From NCBI GenBank assembly GCA_965217185.1, contig OZ244252.1, positions 2,208,001-2,272,000 on the forward strand: a DNA stretch of 64,000 bases. Reading direction: 5' to 3'. The stretch comes from an uncultured Candidatus Entotheonella sp. (GTDB lineage Bacteria; Tectomicrobia; Entotheonellia; Entotheonellales; Entotheonellaceae). The notes below the pieces were generated by a model that was not told where the DNA came from, did no database searches, and was given only the letters and a program-made list of their open reading frames with translations. The first letter of the stretch is position 1. Every line of letters starts with the position of its first letter. A program made the position numbers and the translations under genes. Positions 62,622-64,000 of the stretch are shown piece after piece.

Positions 62622-63989
62622 ATGGACTCCGGTGCGGTAGGTGGCAAACTCATCCCGATTGCGATAGCCATGCTGTTGTATGGAACGTTTCACGCTATCG
62701 AGGTGGCGCTTCTTGCGGCGCAGAAGAACCGTCTGCAGCAGATGAAGGAAGCCGGCATGCCGGGCGCGGCAACCGCATTGCTCATCCGCCAAAGTCCGGA
62801 ACGGCATCTCACCACCGCCCGCCTCTTCATGACTCTCATGGGCATCTTCGCCGCCGTGTTGGCCGGCTGGCTGGTTGTGCGCGACGTGTCGCCTTGGCTG
62901 GACGCCCGGTGGCCGTTCGCCGCCGGCGGTTCCTGGGTGCTCGCCTCTGCTATCACCCTGGTCACCGCGGCGCTGACCTACGTCGCCCTGGTGGTGGGCC
63001 AGATCGTACCAAGGGCGCTCGCCCAGCAGCACCCGGAGTACGTCGTGCGGGCGACCGCCGGTCCGCTGCACATCCTGACGCAATGCTGCGGTGCGGCGCG
63101 TGCTGTCGTAGCGTGGTCATCGTCCGCCGTCCTCTGGTTGCTGGGCCAGCGAGGCCCTTCAGAAACCGCGTCGCCAATACCCATGATGACCGAGGAAGAC
63201 GTGACCAGCCTGGTGCGGGAGGGAGCTGAGCGGGGCATTTTTGAGGAAGTCGAACAGGAGTTAATTGAGGGTGTCTTCGAGTTTACCGACACCGCGGCGC
63301 GCGAGGTGATGGTGCCGCGGGTGCGCATGCAGGCCCTGGAGGTCAGCACGCCGCCCGAGGAAGTCACCCGCAGGCTCGTCGATATCGGGCACATGCGGGT
63401 GCCGGTCTACCGCGGCGACCTCGATCACATCGTCGGCATCCTCTATTTCAAAGACGTTCTGCGCGTGGTCATCGAGAACCAGCCGTGGACCGTGCAGAGC
63501 CTGCTGCACCTACCGCTGTACGTGCCTGAAACGGTGCAGATCAGCCGCGTGTTGCGCACGTTGCAGCAGCGGCATCTGAATATGGCCATTGTGGTGGACG
63601 AGCACGGCGGGGTGGCGGGTTTGATCACCATCGAGGACTTGCTGGAACAACTCGTGGGGGACCTGCCGGACGAGGCGCAGCCGGAGGCCAATGCGGCGGT
63701 GGCGCGACTGCCCGACGGCGCGCTGGTGGTTCAGGGCAACACACCACTGTGGGACCTGCGGGAGCAATACGAGTTGCCGGTTGAAGAGGCGCCGGATTAC
63801 CAGACCCTGGCGGGCATGCTGCTGACGCGCCTGGGGCACATTCCGCAGGGGGGCGAGTCAATCACCGAGCACGGCTACACGTTCACCGTGGTCGACATGC
63901 ACGGTCCCCGCATCGCGCGCATCAAGGTGGAGAAACGCGCTTCAGCCGAGGCGCCCCCGACGCCCGTGCCGCAGACCCCGGAGCCGTAA
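62622..63989 (+). CDS. HlyC/CorC (CNNM-CBS-CorC) family transporter
   Basis: AREVMVPR, RVPVY..DLD.IVGIL, AIVVDEHGG..GLITIEDLLEQLVG, YQTLAG. Confidence 0.93.
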   Translation: MDSGAVGGKLIPIAIAMLLYGTFHAIEVALLAAQKNRLQQMKEAGMPGAATALLIRQSPERHLTTARLFMTLMGIFAAVLAGWLVVRDVSPWLDARWPFAAGGSWVLASAITLVTAALTYVALVVGQIVPRALAQQHPEYVVRATAGPLHILTQCCGAARAVVAWSSSAVLWLLGQRGPSETASPIPMMTEEDVTSLVREGAERGIFEEVEQELIEGVFEFTDTAAREVMVPRVRMQALEVSTPPEEVTRRLVDIGHMRVPVYRGDLDHIVGILYFKDVLRVVIENQPWTVQSLLHLPLYVPETVQISRVLRTLQQRHLNMAIVVDEHGGVAGLITIEDLLEQLVGDLPDEAQPEANAAVARLPDGALVVQGNTPLWDLREQYELPVEEAPDYQTLAGMLLTRLGHIPQGGESITEHGYTFTVVDMHGPRIARIKVEKRASAEAPPTPVPQTPEP

Positions 63990-64000
63990 ACCAGCGCGCG

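Overview
GC-rich bacterial chromosomal window, mostly housekeeping and catabolic genes (boxC start, ltaE, dapF, speA, proA, gltBD, fabH-like, lon, hisC, amt, tcuA-etfBA, hisS, tldD/E) with small accessory patches. The gene mix is reminiscent of sponge-associated Tectomicrobia/Entotheonella-like bacteria, but that is only an impression. The most striking item is missed or truncated by the ORF track: two adjacent small thioredoxin-fold genes (4077-4424 ArsC-like, 4464-4697 glutaredoxin/NrdH-like) each carry an in-frame TGA at the first position of a CxxC motif (UTTC, UGPC). Each TGA is followed by a SECIS-like hairpin whose apical GU lies exactly 23 nt downstream. They converge on a ferredoxin:thioredoxin reductase catalytic-subunit gene, suggesting a ferredoxin-driven selenoprotein redox relay. 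Other notable items: back-to-back sigma-54 promoters sharing a palindrome cluster between amt and a NifA-like activator; a tandem duplication of a secreted CxxCH protein in which the passenger promoter was precisely deleted; a frameshifted PtuA/PtuB-like ATPase+HNH pair; duplicated PAS-LuxR regulators with a conserved upstream box; a long structured gltB leader; several decaying accessory genes. No rRNA, tRNA, CRISPR array or transposase was recognised.
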